Below are positions 25,154-38,996 of a stretch of DNA of 64,000 nucleotides, piece by piece. The translations under genes and the position numbers were made by a program. The notes below the pieces were generated by a model that saw only the letters and a list, made by a program, of their open reading frames with translations, did not search any database and had not been told where the DNA came from. The stretch's first letter is position 1; each line of letters starts with the position of its first letter. The stretch is from Paraspadella gotoi (taxonomy: Eukaryota; Animalia; Chaetognatha), in contig CM119267.1 of assembly GCA_051294375.1 (NCBI GenBank), positions 8,461,814 through 8,525,813 on the forward strand, read 5' to 3'.

Positions 25154-26512
25154 ATGAGCAGGAAAAGCGACTCCGGTTCCATTTGCGTCTTTGTCGTCGC
25201 CGTCGTCGGCGTCGCTTGCGTTTGGCCGACGATTAGAGGTAAGAGACGGGACGGAATGGGAAGGGAAAATGTTGGAAGAAGATGGAATGGATCGGAAAGA
25301 GATGAAATAAGTTTTTTGATACGTAAATTAATTATTGGATCAGAAAAAAAAGTGTGAAAAAAATAAGATTTAATTGAATGAAACAGAACATAATGATGAG
25401 CTGATTCAATATATAAAAATTATAATAAAAAACGCTTTTCGAGAGAGGATATTAAAACTGAAAAGAGAAAGTTTCGCCCCAGTATTTTTTTGTCGAATTT
25501 AGCCGTAAAATGATATAAAAAGCTTGGAAATTTTACTATAAAATTTTCTAAAAAATGCTTAAAATTGTTACCGTAGATAATATTGAGACACCATTTTACT
25601 CTNNNNNNNNNNNNNNNNNNNNNNNNNGTGTTTTTTAACAATCTTTCAAATTCTAATATTACGCTATGAATATAAAATCGTCTACGCCTGATTTTTCTTT
25701 TGTTCGGCGAATAAAAGACGGCGAGACTACGTATTCACTATATTTCGAACTAGTATTTAATTTTTAACAGACGGGACACCAATCAAGAATCTTGAATGAA
25801 ATTTTACGTTCTCATGGAACACAGGGTGATATAGAAGAAGGTAAGGAACTCGGAAACTTCTTTTTAATTATTTTCTCAAGGAAAAGCCCAAGTAAGTCGA
25901 AGTAAAATGATAATCATCTCTCTCCATTTGTAATTGTAAATGCAATTAATACTGCATTAATATCAAACGCGTATTTTTATGAAAAAGTTTGAAATTTAAA
26001 AAAAAAACAACTTTCCTCGCCTTTTAAAGTTTCATCTTCCATTTTTCCATTTCCATTTTATCGTTCCCCCAGTTCCCGAATGGCGCCGCCCTTTATTCGG
26101 CGGCGTCGCGTCGAATAGAATGACGCCGGCCGAAGAACAAAGGGCGCCGTCTCGATTCGTCTCGGAAGCGTCGGAAAGCTTTTTGCCAAGAACAAAGGAA
26201 CCAGCATCGAGGCTTGCGGCCGCTGCCAAACGAGATTGGAACATCTTGCGCCGGTTTTTCGGTCGGCGCCCTGACGTCGACGACGATCGGTGGGCGTGGG
26301 GCGGATCAAAGACGCCGAGCGCCGACGCCGACATGGGCTTGACCCCCTGGCGGCGAGAGGTTCGAGGGGGCGCCTCGGCGAACCCTACAATCTCGGTCAA
26401 TCCTACGGCGGGCGTAGAGATCCAGCGCAATCCCAAACGAGGCTTGAAAAGTTGCGCCTTTAACGCCGTCACTTGTTTCGGGAAGAGAAAGAGACAATTC
26501 AGTTGGCCGTGA
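25154..26512 (+). CDS. AstC: Allatostatin-C/somatostatin-type neuropeptide precursor
   Basis: Exon 25154-25238 gives signal-peptide-like MSRKSDSGSICVFVVAVVGVACVWPTIR with a phase-1 GTAAGA donor, compatible with exon 26073-26512. That exon encodes KR-GLKSCAFNAVTCF-GKR, close to arthropod SYWKQCAFNAVSCFamide. A possible middle exon at 25771-25840 is not phase-compatible on its own. Confidence 0.85.
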
Positions 26513-27132
26513 GAGGGCGAGATGTTTAATGCGGCGAATGAAGTAAAAAAAAATAAAACAAAAGACGGTAGAGAGAGGAGGATGAAGGAATTAAATAGCC
26601 GCATTGATTTCCAGATAGTTTTATACCACGGATCAATTGTTCTTTATTTAAATCGATTCTCCGAAAATGAACTCTTTTCATTTAGTCATTCTATTTTTAT
26701 TTTAGCCTCCCAATTTTTTTTATATTGCCGAAATTTTGCTTTTATTTTATCCTACAACTTATACATCAAACAATTTGTATGTTTCCCAAAATAGTTTTTT
26801 TCGACTTTCAATGATTGTATAATTTTCTCCATAAAAGAGTGAACAAAGAATGAACCTAACTAAAAATACGTCAATTTTTAAAAATATTATTTGGAATGCC
26901 ATTCGTTTTGTCGAATAACAAAATAGGATGATGTCAGATTATGTCCGAAAACAATCCCTTCACGCAACCGCTCGTCCCTGAACGCAGCTGCCTCGTTTCA
27001 GTCGAAAATTATCGATCCTTTGAAGAATCGGTTATTGCACGCCTGGCCGGAAACGCGGCCTCTCCGTAGTGCGCGTCTGCCGGCGCACTCGTTTCGCCGA
27101 TTCGAATTATGACACAAATTTTGATGGATCCC

Positions 27133-27234
<102 letters not shown>

Positions 27235-28235
27235 ACCATATAATTCTTTGTGATATCTATGAATTTTCAATGATTCACCTTCGTTCTGAACACCTGATAC
27301 ACCTGCCTATTTTTTTCATTGTTCGATAATTATTACACATTCCACCAAAAAACCTGATCGGCATTGAAGTTAACGATAAAACGTTTCTTTTATTCCAAGA
27401 TTACGTAGATTTTATCACATCTATCGCCATTTTATAAATTTTGAAGAATTACTTCATCAATTGTTTTCAAGAGTTAAAAAAATTCATTCGTACTTTTTAC
27501 GCATTAATATTATCTTTGAATCTTAAAATCAAAATAATCACAAATGAATTTTCTTTTTTTTTATTATTATTATTATTCCTTACTCAATCTGGATCTCTAT
27601 ATTCACCTCCTTCGGTTCTTTCGTATCAAAACTAAAATCTCTCCAATGTTATCCCACCTCTTTCACACTCATATTTCCTTCCTGACAAATCCCCCACCTG
27701 ATCCCGGAGACGAGAGATGACAATAACGAACTCCAAAACGGATTTTCCTCTTCCCCGTTTTTTCTTTGTCTTTTTTTTTTTTCCTTCGAAATGAATTTCA
27801 TTCCAAATGAACCGACCAAGGCTTTCTCTTTCCTTCCCGGCTTTTTGAAAATTCACCCAAGAAAAATTAATGAATACAAAAAAAGTGTCGTCACTAAAAA
27901 TAGAAATTAGTTGTATTATTAATTTCTTTTTCTTGAACTCCAAGCCGGCGAAAAAAAAAATATTATTGTCTTTCTAAAAAAACATCGTCAAGATATTTAA
28001 AAAAATAAAAACGCGGTATTGTGCTTACTTTTTTTTAATATTGATGTGAAAACCCCTATCATCTAACTAACGAGGTGAGTTACGAATAGTTATGAATGTC
28101 AAGTTTAAGATATTATAAACTTTTAGTGAGGAATTGTTAGATAAGAATAGTTAGAGTGTCTAGATTGATCAACCGGTGAGTCGCCTCGAACCCGGTACTC
28201 GACATTTTCCAGACCCGTCGGTATCCGATTTAGTT

Positions 28236-29410
28236 TCACTTCTGAACGACGAGGTTGACGGGGCGATCGAAAAGCGGCTGCGTGGGTCTGTAGTTTCCTC
28301 TCTCCAAGAGCCTCATGCCTTCGTCGTGCTGAACGTGATTTTTCGTCGTGTCGCAACGAGATAAATTTTCGAATCGGAGCTGGTTGAGGGATCATTGTAG
28401 AAAAGGTTATCTGAATGTTACTTAAAATACTTTGTACACGGATTTCAGATCGGAGTGAAATGAAAAGATTTGATATTACTCAATATGATTGATATTTGAT
28501 CATTTCATTAGTTAGATAATTCCTAAATAACTAGTTGAGATTACTTTACCTTATAATAACCGGTGCGCTTGCTTTCCAACTGGTAGCTTTTTTTGCAGAA
28601 TTTTCCCCCCTCTTATTTGATAATTCAATTTCAAACTCATTGTAAAAAAAATTTCTTATTAATATATTTATTTTATAACGCTGAAATTTTTATTTTCTAT
28701 AAGTTTTAACTAGAAAAACTATAAAATGAAAAAGGCTGTCATTGTGGTTGTAAAAAAGCTTTTGACATTCAGCTCAGACACATACTTCAATGACTATATC
28801 TGTAAGATGAACCAAAATTTTCAAATATTTAATTTTTGTTCATAAAAATATATCTTATATTAACCCTAGGGTTATAACAGGAAGGTCCTATTCAAATGCA
28901 AAAAATTGCTTTTTTGAAATTCGACCATGCAAGCTGGACAACTGGGAGTTGGAAAATAAAAAACGTCAGCGATTTTTTTTACCAGGTAGCAAAATCTGAA
29001 GTTGCTATAACAAATAATTTAGCCACAGTATTTTATCATTTCATTTCACTCCCATTTGAAATCCGTGTAAGAATATCTCCGGCCGAAAAAGGTGTAATCT
29101 ACGTAAAAATATTTCAAAATATATCAAATTTAAAGTCGCGAGTGACATAAAAATCTTTACTATACTTTTAATATTTAATAAAGATAATTCAGAAGTACAT
29201 CATTAGTTAGAGAACGACTGGACGTTTTTTGTGTATAAGTTTTATTTCATATTTTGTTTATTTACTATTCTAAGTTGAAATTTTTATTCAACATAGTCAA
29301 ATTAATAAAAAAAGGCTATTTTAAGCATGTTCTTGATTACAGGGAAGAAACTTTTTACATCATAAGAATTAAGAAATCCCTAACAAAAGTCTTGTCTAGT
29401 CTCGTCTAGT

Positions 29411-29509
<99 letters not shown>

Positions 29510-31556
29510 AAGAGTGAAAACGAGAGACCAAAGCTTTTAACCTTCAAGAGCGAATAAGTCTCGTCTATTTCTGGGCGTTTCAAAAATATCAAGATAAATG
29601 AATTTTTCTAGCGGCCCGTTGGCACAGGTTTTATAAGACACCCTCTCTTTGCCCATAATTTGTTATAATTAAAAATAAAAATAAAACGGGGATTCTCGAT
29701 CGGAAGGTGCGAATCTTATACCTAATAAGAAAAATAAATAAATAAATAAATAACCATAGAGAAATAAAATAAAGGCGGTAACCCGTGATTCAATTAAATG
29801 GAAAATATCGCTAATTAGTTCACGAAGACGAAACCTCGTTTCGCTCACGCGATGAGAGGCGGAAAAAGGAATACCGACCGACTGACCTTAATGACCGACC
29901 GACTAAGACTAAAACTCACCCTGTAGTCTTCTCGTGTGATGGTCGAAGTGTCGGCCAACACGACCCACTGAACGCCTTCCGTGCAAGGCGGAGTCGTCAA
30001 GCTCCCGTTGTATCTGAAAAAAAAAGAAAGATAAATTAATTAAGACAATAAAAGAGAATAAACAGTTAAAAATAATAACGAAAAATCTAGACTAGAGCAG
30101 GAAATAATTTACCCTTGTGTTAAAAAAAAAAATTAAATAAATAAATAAATAAATATATAAAAAATAAATTAGTTATTTAGATAAAATAGTGAAACATGTA
30201 ATTTTGCAACAGATAATAAAAACAGATAATAACGAAAACAAAATAATAATAAAAAAGAAAAACAGTTCTGTCCCGATCCGTCCCCCCCCCNNNNNNNNNN
30301 NNCCCCCCCCACCAACGATTCGAACCTGAAATAGGGTGGGTTCTCAATGTTGACGAACTTGTTGAGCCTCAATTGCGGGCGTCGAGGCGGCGTTAACTGA
30401 GCCGGTTCGATAACATCGGCGAAGAGAGGAATGAGGGTCGCGAGACCCTCGTTCGTCGCATCTCCTTTTAATATAATTATTTTGAGGAACAGGCGACAGA
30501 CCAGACCACTTCGTGCCAAACAAGACGGGTTAAGAAAAGACAATACAAGACAACGTGAAACAAGACGAGACAAGACAAGACCATAACACACTAGCCAAAA
30601 AGACAGGTCAAATATCCGCCTCTTCAAAGCTTATTCAGAAATATGAACATGAACATGAACATTAAACAATCCCAACCGAAATCGAAGAGCTGAGCGACGA
30701 CAGCGAGCCTCCCGTCCACAGCGTTCTTGTGGACAAGGTGCATCTCGAGTCGGAACCGGTGGGAGGCGATCTTGTGCTCGGACGGCCAATGGAAGTGGAA
30801 TTGCTGGAGGTCGTAGCGGACCCCGTCCAGTTTGATTCCGATATTCGGCGACTCTCCTGCGCTCAGGGTCACCTGGAGTAAGGAAGGAATGGAAAGATGT
30901 GATTTTTTTTGTTTTTTATTAAAAATAATATTCTTTTATAAAGATCATGACACGATTTATGTAGCATTTTTCGACTAGCCTGGACTGAGTGGCCGTTGTT
31001 GGCGATGACGTAGTAGAAGAGTGACACGGAATCGTAGCCATAAAATTTCAATCCTGCCGGAATATGCAATGTATTTTTTTTTAAATCAAAGATCGAACAA
31101 AATAACGAAATAACCAACGCCCGCTGGCACCTTCGGTTCCACGGTTGATGCGGACTCCAACGGTGCTGCGGATGTTGATGGGCGATTGGGACTGGCCGGT
31201 TCGGCAGAGCATCGGCCAGTTGGAAGGATCGTGCAATGGATCGTTCCATGATCGATAGGCGAAGGTCCCGTGGGCGCAGACTTGATGGAGATGGAGGTAG
31301 AAGATTGGGTGAATTTTTGTGAATTACATATTTTTAAATTTCACTATTGCGAGTTTCGGGACATCGGCCAAGTAAGAAAACGATTAGTTGAAGAAATTTG
31401 AAAAGAGAAAGAAAATAGGAAGATTTATGTCCATCTTAATCAAATTGCAAAACAAATGACAATGAAAATAATCTAACGCTTACTTCCTTCTTGTGTGTCG
31501 GCAGCGACATAACTTATCGTTGTGAGCGCAAAAATCCAAAGCGTTAAAGCCGGCAT
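28236..31556 (-). CDS. Secreted alpha-carbonic anhydrase, catalytic residues intact, 7 exons
   Basis: Signal peptide [19 protein letters not shown]; [15 protein letters not shown]; NNGHSVQ (His64); [10 protein letters not shown] (His94/96); EMHLVH (His119); [16 protein letters not shown]; last exon [12 protein letters not shown] with TGA at 28236-28238. Confidence 0.92.
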
Positions 31557-34500
31557 TTTTCTTTTTTGAAAATTAGCGACTAAAATTTAAAAAAAAAATG
31601 GTAAAAAAAATTAAAAAAAATAGATTCGAACAATATATGTATATATATATAATTTAAATTAGTTTGAATCAATACTGTAAAATTGTAGGGCTTGTAACTA
31701 AGTGAAAAGATAAACTAAGGGGAGATTCCGACTCGGGATACACTTCGGGTTCATTCGCAACACCCAAAGTTTGTCTTCGTCGAAAGAACCACCGGGTACC
31801 AATCAAAGTCAACAAAGAAAAAAAAACCAGAATCGATTAAAAAAAAACAATATTCTTTCTTTTTTTTAATGTTTAACTACATTTTAAAGAAGACAATTTG
31901 AAACATTTTGAGTTATTTTAAGTAATTTCAAAGATGATTCGACGCCGGTCTGTCATTGAATTAGTGTTGCGAGGCATCGCTGGAATCTTGCCCTTTTTTC
32001 AGGAGGATTATTTACAGTTACTATTTGTTCGTCGGAGTTTGGTTCTTCTTTTAAGTTTTCGTTTAGGTTTAGATAAATAAAAAAGATGACTAAATAGTAA
32101 ATACCGGCCCGAAAGAAAAAAATTTAAAAAACTTTAAATTATTATTTCAGAAGAACCAGGGCGTATTCCCTGTTATATTTTAGTGTATAAAAATGATTAA
32201 ATCCAGTGAAAGCGTTTATGTCAATAGAGAAGGACTTAAGTTCACAGTCTCAAACAGAGGATGCGGGCCAAAACTAAAAACCATAACAACAGAATGAATG
32301 TAAAACTAACTATTGTAATTTTTTTTACAAACAATTTTTCAACAGAGTACATACCTCTGAATGTGTCAATTTTTTGGAAGTATCACAACTTCTCTGATTT
32401 CAGTAAAAAAATTCCTCCATGTCATCTCGAACTCGATATGATTAAATTCTTAAGATCACGACGCTGAGGTAGCTAAAAATATGATTTGATTTTGAAACTC
32501 TCAATTTACAAGTCGTGAAGCCGTGTCTCTGTGCATTCTTAAGTTACGGCCTCTCAAAAGACGTGACAGACTGACCATTAGGACAACAACCGAGTTGACG
32601 GCGATGCCCAGCTGGATGGAACATCTCACCAGCCCCTGGCGCGTTAGCACTAGTACCGTCTCGCTTTTCTCACGCGGCGGTTGGGATGAGGGGTTCATTG
32701 ACGGAGTCATTGGCAATACTTAATAGCTTAATAGCTTAATAGCTTAATAGTATTGGTGAAACTATTTGATTGAATCAAGAAAAAGTGAAAGATACAGCGA
32801 TTAAGCGATTTGATCTTTTTTATTCATCCAGTTTCGATAACAAAATCACAAGTTTTTTTTGTAAAATGCCGTTTACAGTGCTTATAATTGTTTTTGTTCT
32901 GTTACAAGAATGAAAGAAAAAAATAACAACGTAATTTAAATATTTATAATCGTAACATAAGTGGATTCGTTGCAATTAATTTCTTGGCAGAAATTGTGAA
33001 AGATTTTTGTTTGTTTTTTTTTCTGTTTTTTTTTCGCTTTTGTAAGTTGTTGTTTTTTTTTTTTGCAATCGCACATAACAAGATAGAAAATCAAGCATTT
33101 ATCTATTTAAAAAAAAAACCAAATCAGATCAGAGAAGGGGAGAGATGGATGCACGAAGCACAAGCCACACGTGGCTTAATGTCGAAGGTCAACATCTTGA
33201 ACTCAGGAACTGCGGGTTACATAGGGGACAGTTTAGAGAAGCGTCACATTATCTCAGGGCGACAGCGTTCTAGAAGTAAGCTACGCTTTTCGCATTTCGT
33301 ACGGAACAGTATCGATAAATAAGTATCGCATTCTAACGTTGGATAGTATATTCGAGAAATAATCGTCGCTTTCGTTATTTTTCACGGGACAGATTTGAAA
33401 ATTAAGCGTCAACTTATTCATTAATGGACAGAATCGAGAATTTAAATTTTAAAGCGTCACGTTCGTAATTATTCTCGTGCGATATCGGGACAGATTAAAG
33501 TCTCCACCGGTCACGCGTACATAATAAGTACTTTAGGAAAATTGTACGGGTTCCACCGAGCGCGACCCGGCGTCGGACATTTTTTTTTTATTTTAAAAAA
33601 AATTACGTCATGCGTTTACCGAGCGTCGGGAAAAAGGGTTAGCAGCAGAAAATTCGCTCTTTACCAAGAGAGATAGAGAGATAGCGCACGGACTCGTTAG
33701 TTAAAAAATCGGTAGTGATGTTTGCGTCTGGCGAAGGTAATGCGTTTAGCGAGGATATTGCATAGTAATATTTATTATGCGCAGGTAGTAGTAGGCACAC
33801 CAACCATTTTCGAGGAGAGAGGAAAAACTGATACAAAGGGAGAAGCGAGTTTGCTTTTTTTTTTCTCTGGTGCATTCGACAAACGTGAATGATTGACAAA
33901 AACACGAAAAACCAAATACAGTTTGGATGCAGGAACATGTAACTTTTTTTTTGGTACAACAATGATTTTTTTTTCTTTTTTTTTTTGTAATGGACGTCTA
34001 ACAAAGCGGTGGAGACATTGACGGCAACAGTTAGGGTGGTAATCGCAAACTTTACGGGTGACATCACTCCAATAAATCACGTTTATGAAATTGGTACAAC
34101 CAATTTTTTTTGGCTCAGAAATTTGTTGGCGGAGAAATTTTTTTTTTTTTCGTCTTACAAATTTTTTTTTTCTTAATCGTGAACGATCAGGGTGCGACAA
34201 AAACATCGGGAGAAAAACGTTTGTTTTTTAAAATATAATTTTTTTGATTAATTAAATATTTACTCGATCGTTAATTTTAAAACTCCTGTCGTTTAGTTTG
34301 AGGAAGAAAACTGGGAAAACTTGGACAAAAAAAATAGACATCTGGTTCTTATTGGAAGCAAACGTTTTTTCAAACCCCATTGCGAGCAGAGAAGGTGATA
34401 AACGTTTAAAAAAACATTTAGTACAATTGGTCGCTGCACGATGCAATAACTTACTGCATTTCATTCGTTCAGCCAAACACTGCGTGCGTTTTAATTCAAA

Positions 34501-36219
34501 GACAAGCTAAGTAAAGATTAGGATTAACCGCTCTATCAAAATATTAAGGCACTTTTATAAGTACTCAATATTACTAAAAAAAATTTTCTGGTTTAGCTTT
34601 TTGACTGACATCCGCAAATTACATGGAATATTTGGATTTTCAAACAACTCCTTCATAAATGTAAGTTCTCTCCCTTTTTCATAGTTATATTTTCTTCATA
34701 TCATTAATTTTAATTAAACAATGTCGCGATCTCTATTAAGGGGAAAATGACTTAATGTTATCTTAAGTTATGTCGTCATAGGGACTTAATTAATCCTTAG
34801 TCTTATCTGACTCGTAAAACGATTCTTATAACGTTGTACATAATCGACCGACAAACCGACATGGCAAATCTAAAAATGTCGCGCATGCGACTAAAAAACA
34901 CTGACTTTAACGAGAGATTTCTTGAGGTATTCTGACCGAATTCTTTGGATTCTTATCATTTTTAGAGAATCATGACGATAGACAGCATCAAACCTGGTCC
35001 TTATGACGATGACAAGGCGTGCCGGGATCGGGATTTCACAGGGAATGAGCATCACAGGGGAAATCACATGAATACAAACTCAAAAAAAATTAAACTGGAA
35101 GAAAAAAAAAAACAAAGTCGAGGCGAAAGGATGTAACTTGGAGCGGCAGATGTTTTTTTTTTAAAAGGGATTTATCCTTGAAACGCAATATGTTACTAAA
35201 GTGAAAACAATGACATTTAAAACAAGGTGCGTCTGCTCGCAATTATTACATTCATTGCGTAGTAAACATTAAGCAAGCAAAAACAAAAAATTGGGGAGGA
35301 TTGAAAATTAAAAAAAAAAAAAAAAAAAATTGACGCAATTTCTTTCGAGTCCGACTGCTTTGTGTTTATCAGTGTGATTATTTTTACGTTTTAAATTTGT
35401 TGGGGGAAAATACGAAAAATGCAACCAAAAGAGAGACAAATGACAGGATGCATTCAGGCGATGCCGTTTTTACTTCATTCGCGATGACAGATATAACGAA
35501 TAATAACATCGTTTAGAGGTAAGTAAATCATTATTACATCGTCGTCTTCATCTACGGACTACATCTAGCATTTTTCGATAACAATTCGGCTTTTTTTTTA
35601 AAAATCAACAATCCTCGTAGACGTAACAAAAATAATAAATACAAATTTCCGTGAGAACTTGGAGAGTTGAACAAAGATACAGAAACAGGTTGCATGATTT
35701 TTTTGATGGGTGGAAAATTCACGTTTTCATCTGTTTCTTACTGACATAAAAAAAAAACTGACCATATAAAACTAACAGATCCAGTTAGATAAGCTTTGAA
35801 AGCGCGACAGTAACTTTGTTTTTTTTTGTTTTGTTTTTGAGGATGGACAAAGATAATGAGGATGATTAAATTCCGGGTACCGCGCGATCTTCCTCAATAC
35901 AAGATAATAACGAATAACAAATGATAAATAAAATTTATATTCATACTGGCGCGGCACCCGGCGTCGTGTTGTCACGTGAGGGCAGTAGTAGTGATTTCCC
36001 TTTTGTTAGCTTTTTTTTTTTTAATGCTGAGCCTTTCTTACTGTTTTTGCTGTTCTTTCATTCTACTGTTGCCTTGTTTTGTTTTGTTTTTTTTTGAAAG
36101 TTTTTTTTTTCTCGTGTAATCGTTGGTGAATTATTTGCTGTTGCTGTTTTGTTTTTGCAGGATTTTTATTTTCTAATTCCGTGATCATTGTTGCATTGTT
36201 GTTTAAATGTGTTTGCCTT

Positions 36220-38915
36220 TTAGTCATCCTCATCTTCTTCGTCTGTTGGTGTCGTGGTGGATGACGAGTCGCTTTCCACGTACTCTCCGGGTGCCCTGGT
36301 GACGTCAAAAACAAAACATAAAACACGGTATTTGACCGAAGCGACTATCGGCCTCGACTTTGAAGATTACCTTGGCAGGTATTTGCCAACAATTCGTGCT
36401 GGACCCGTTAAGCCCAACCGTTCCATCGTGTCCTTGAGATCAAAAAATGTTCGGCCTGAAATGTAAAGAGGATCGAGGTTAATAATAATTAATTAATTAA
36501 TTAATTTGAAACTAACGAACGGTACTCGCCTTCCATCTGCCACTTTTGGAGTAAGAGTTCTGTAGGTGAGTAACCCTTACGTTTGTGGAGAAGTGGAATG
36601 AAACAATCAAGACGCATCCTGGCAGCCAATTTGCGCCAGTCGTAGCCTGGAACGATTCCCAACTATATTTTATCAAGGGTATCTTAAACTTTTTTTTTAA
36701 ATCAATGGGCGTAAAACGGAAGCTTCATCAAAAAAAAACAGAAAACTATTAATTATTTACTAATTAGGAAAATTAAGTAAATTTAAAGCCTCCCGTTTTT
36801 CGCTTCTTTTCAATTTCACACATTTGTTTTTTTTTAAATTTTACACATTCTCCAAATACTGTTACGAAAAATGTAAAGCGTTATATCTTAACACCAAGTT
36901 ATCGCACATTGATACCGTGCTCAAATATTATTCTGCAAAATTTAAACTGAAAATAAGGAAGACATTGTGCCGCGGAGGTCTATCGCTAAGTGGACGTTTA
37001 ATTCCCTCTTTTTATTAATCGTTTAAAACCGAAAGTGATGGATGGCTCGTCTAGACCCTGGGGTGGGGGCCTTCATTACATTAAAACAGATATTAATTTT
37101 TGTTTTTGGTTTTTGTTTAAAAAAAAAAAGATTTCTCACGTCCTTCGTGTTTTGCTCCTGGGGGTAAGAAAAAAAGTAAGACTCATGAAAAAAAAATGTT
37201 TTGGTTAAAATTTAAAAAAAAAGCATGAAAAAAAAAACTGAGCAAAATTTCCGTCCAGGTATTTTCAAAATAATATCTGTTGTACAAAACGAAACGAATG
37301 GAACCCAAATTTACCAGTAGACTTGATGTTGTCAAGTCGTGCTCCTAATTTCTCAGAGCATATTCGAGGAATGTAGGCACCCTGAATTTTATGAACAAAT
37401 ATTTAAAAGTAAGTACAAACTTTTTTAAAAAACTTAACGATTGCATTAATTTCAAGTCACAGACCTGANNNNNNNNNNAACAAATATTTAAAAGGAAGTA
37501 CGAACTTTTTTAAAAAATTTAACGACTGCATTAATTTCAAGTCACCGACCTGAACCTGTCCTTTGTGAATGATTTCGGTGACGAGGTACTTGTGTGGACC
37601 CCGCTTTACGGTGCATTCTCGCATGTAGATTTGGTGATCTTCGGCGCTCGATTTGGGACCCGGCGGTTGCTGCTTCTGCGGCGTCGTTGGTTGCGATTGC
37701 TGCTGCTGCTTCTGCAACGCGACGGGTCCCGCGTGCTGAGGCTGTGATTGACTTTTTGGTGAATTCAAATTTCCGTTCGGTGGAGACGTGACTTTTTTCG
37801 ATTCCGCTGGATTTTCTGAGCGAAAAAAAAACGGGAAAGATTATTGCAAATACAAAGAGAGACTTCGCTACACTTTAATAAGTTTGTTTTGTTTTGTTTG
37901 TTTGTTTAGTAAGTCATCACCTGGATTGTCGTTGACTTTTTGTTTCTGTCCCGCTACGTTTGGTGATAATTGGTTCCGTTGAGAGAGAATAGACTGAATG
38001 TGACGCTGAATGATTTCTTGCTGCTGCCGCAAAGAATCTTTGGTTTGCTGAATGAGGAGCATTTGCTCCTGGGTCGTTGCTGAGAAGAAGCGGGTCAAGA
38101 GTGATGAATTACGTAAAAAGGTATTCGGGTGATTAGAAAAAAAAAATTTCATTTCTTCTGGCAAAATCATTACTGTTCGTTTAAATCCTTTACGCTTTTA
38201 CTAATAGATTAACCATTATCATTCACGGTGAGGCACGAACCCGAAACCCCCTGTATTGCACCAAATGACCGCATTGTGAGCTCGACCAGTTAACAGGATC
38301 GTGTCGTTGCAATCTTACATAAAAGTGATCAATCTCAAAACCTGGGTACCATATTAATTAAAACGCTCGCGTGAAAATTGTTTTTTTAAAAAAACATTAA
38401 GATAAAGGCGTTTATTTTTTTACCAGTCCTGAGCGAGTGCTTCGTGGGCATGACAATACTTTCGCGGTAAACAGTGCGGTGCACCCCGAAGGTGCCCGGA
38501 GTGCCGGTCCTGACCCCTAAGGCCCCGGGCGGGGTCCCGATCCGCCTAGGAGGGTCCGAGAAGAGCCCGTCGGACGGGTCCGAACAGGATTGGCCCCCGA
38601 TGTCCGACTCGCACCCCGAGGACGTGCCTGTCCCGTTGCCTAGCGACGACGACGCGTGTGGGAGGGGGGGATGGACGCAAGATGGGGCGCGGAGTGTCGA
38701 AAGGGAGCCGCGACAGGACGCGAAAAGTGAAAACATGGAAGTGAAAACGTGAAACGTGAAACGTTGAAAGTGGGTCAAGTGAAATGCGGCGCGGAACCTC
38801 ACCTCCTAATTGTGCGTTGCACGCGTCGGAGTTTAGGTGGTTGGAATTTTGTGAGATCGAATCTCCTTCGTTGATGGGAAAATGGGATTCCAAGAATTTC
38901 GTCTGTGGAGGGTGG

Positions 38916-38996
<81 letters not shown>

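Noticed and set aside
24988-25182. 64-aa minus-strand ORF resembling a small secreted peptide with a KR site
   Set aside because: It overlaps the promoter, 5' UTR and first exon of the + strand AstC gene and is built from (GTC)n-like triplets; most likely an antisense shadow.
37394-37553. ~75-bp duplication on either side of a 10-N gap
   Set aside because: Consistent with two haplotypes or contig ends overlapping at a scaffold gap.
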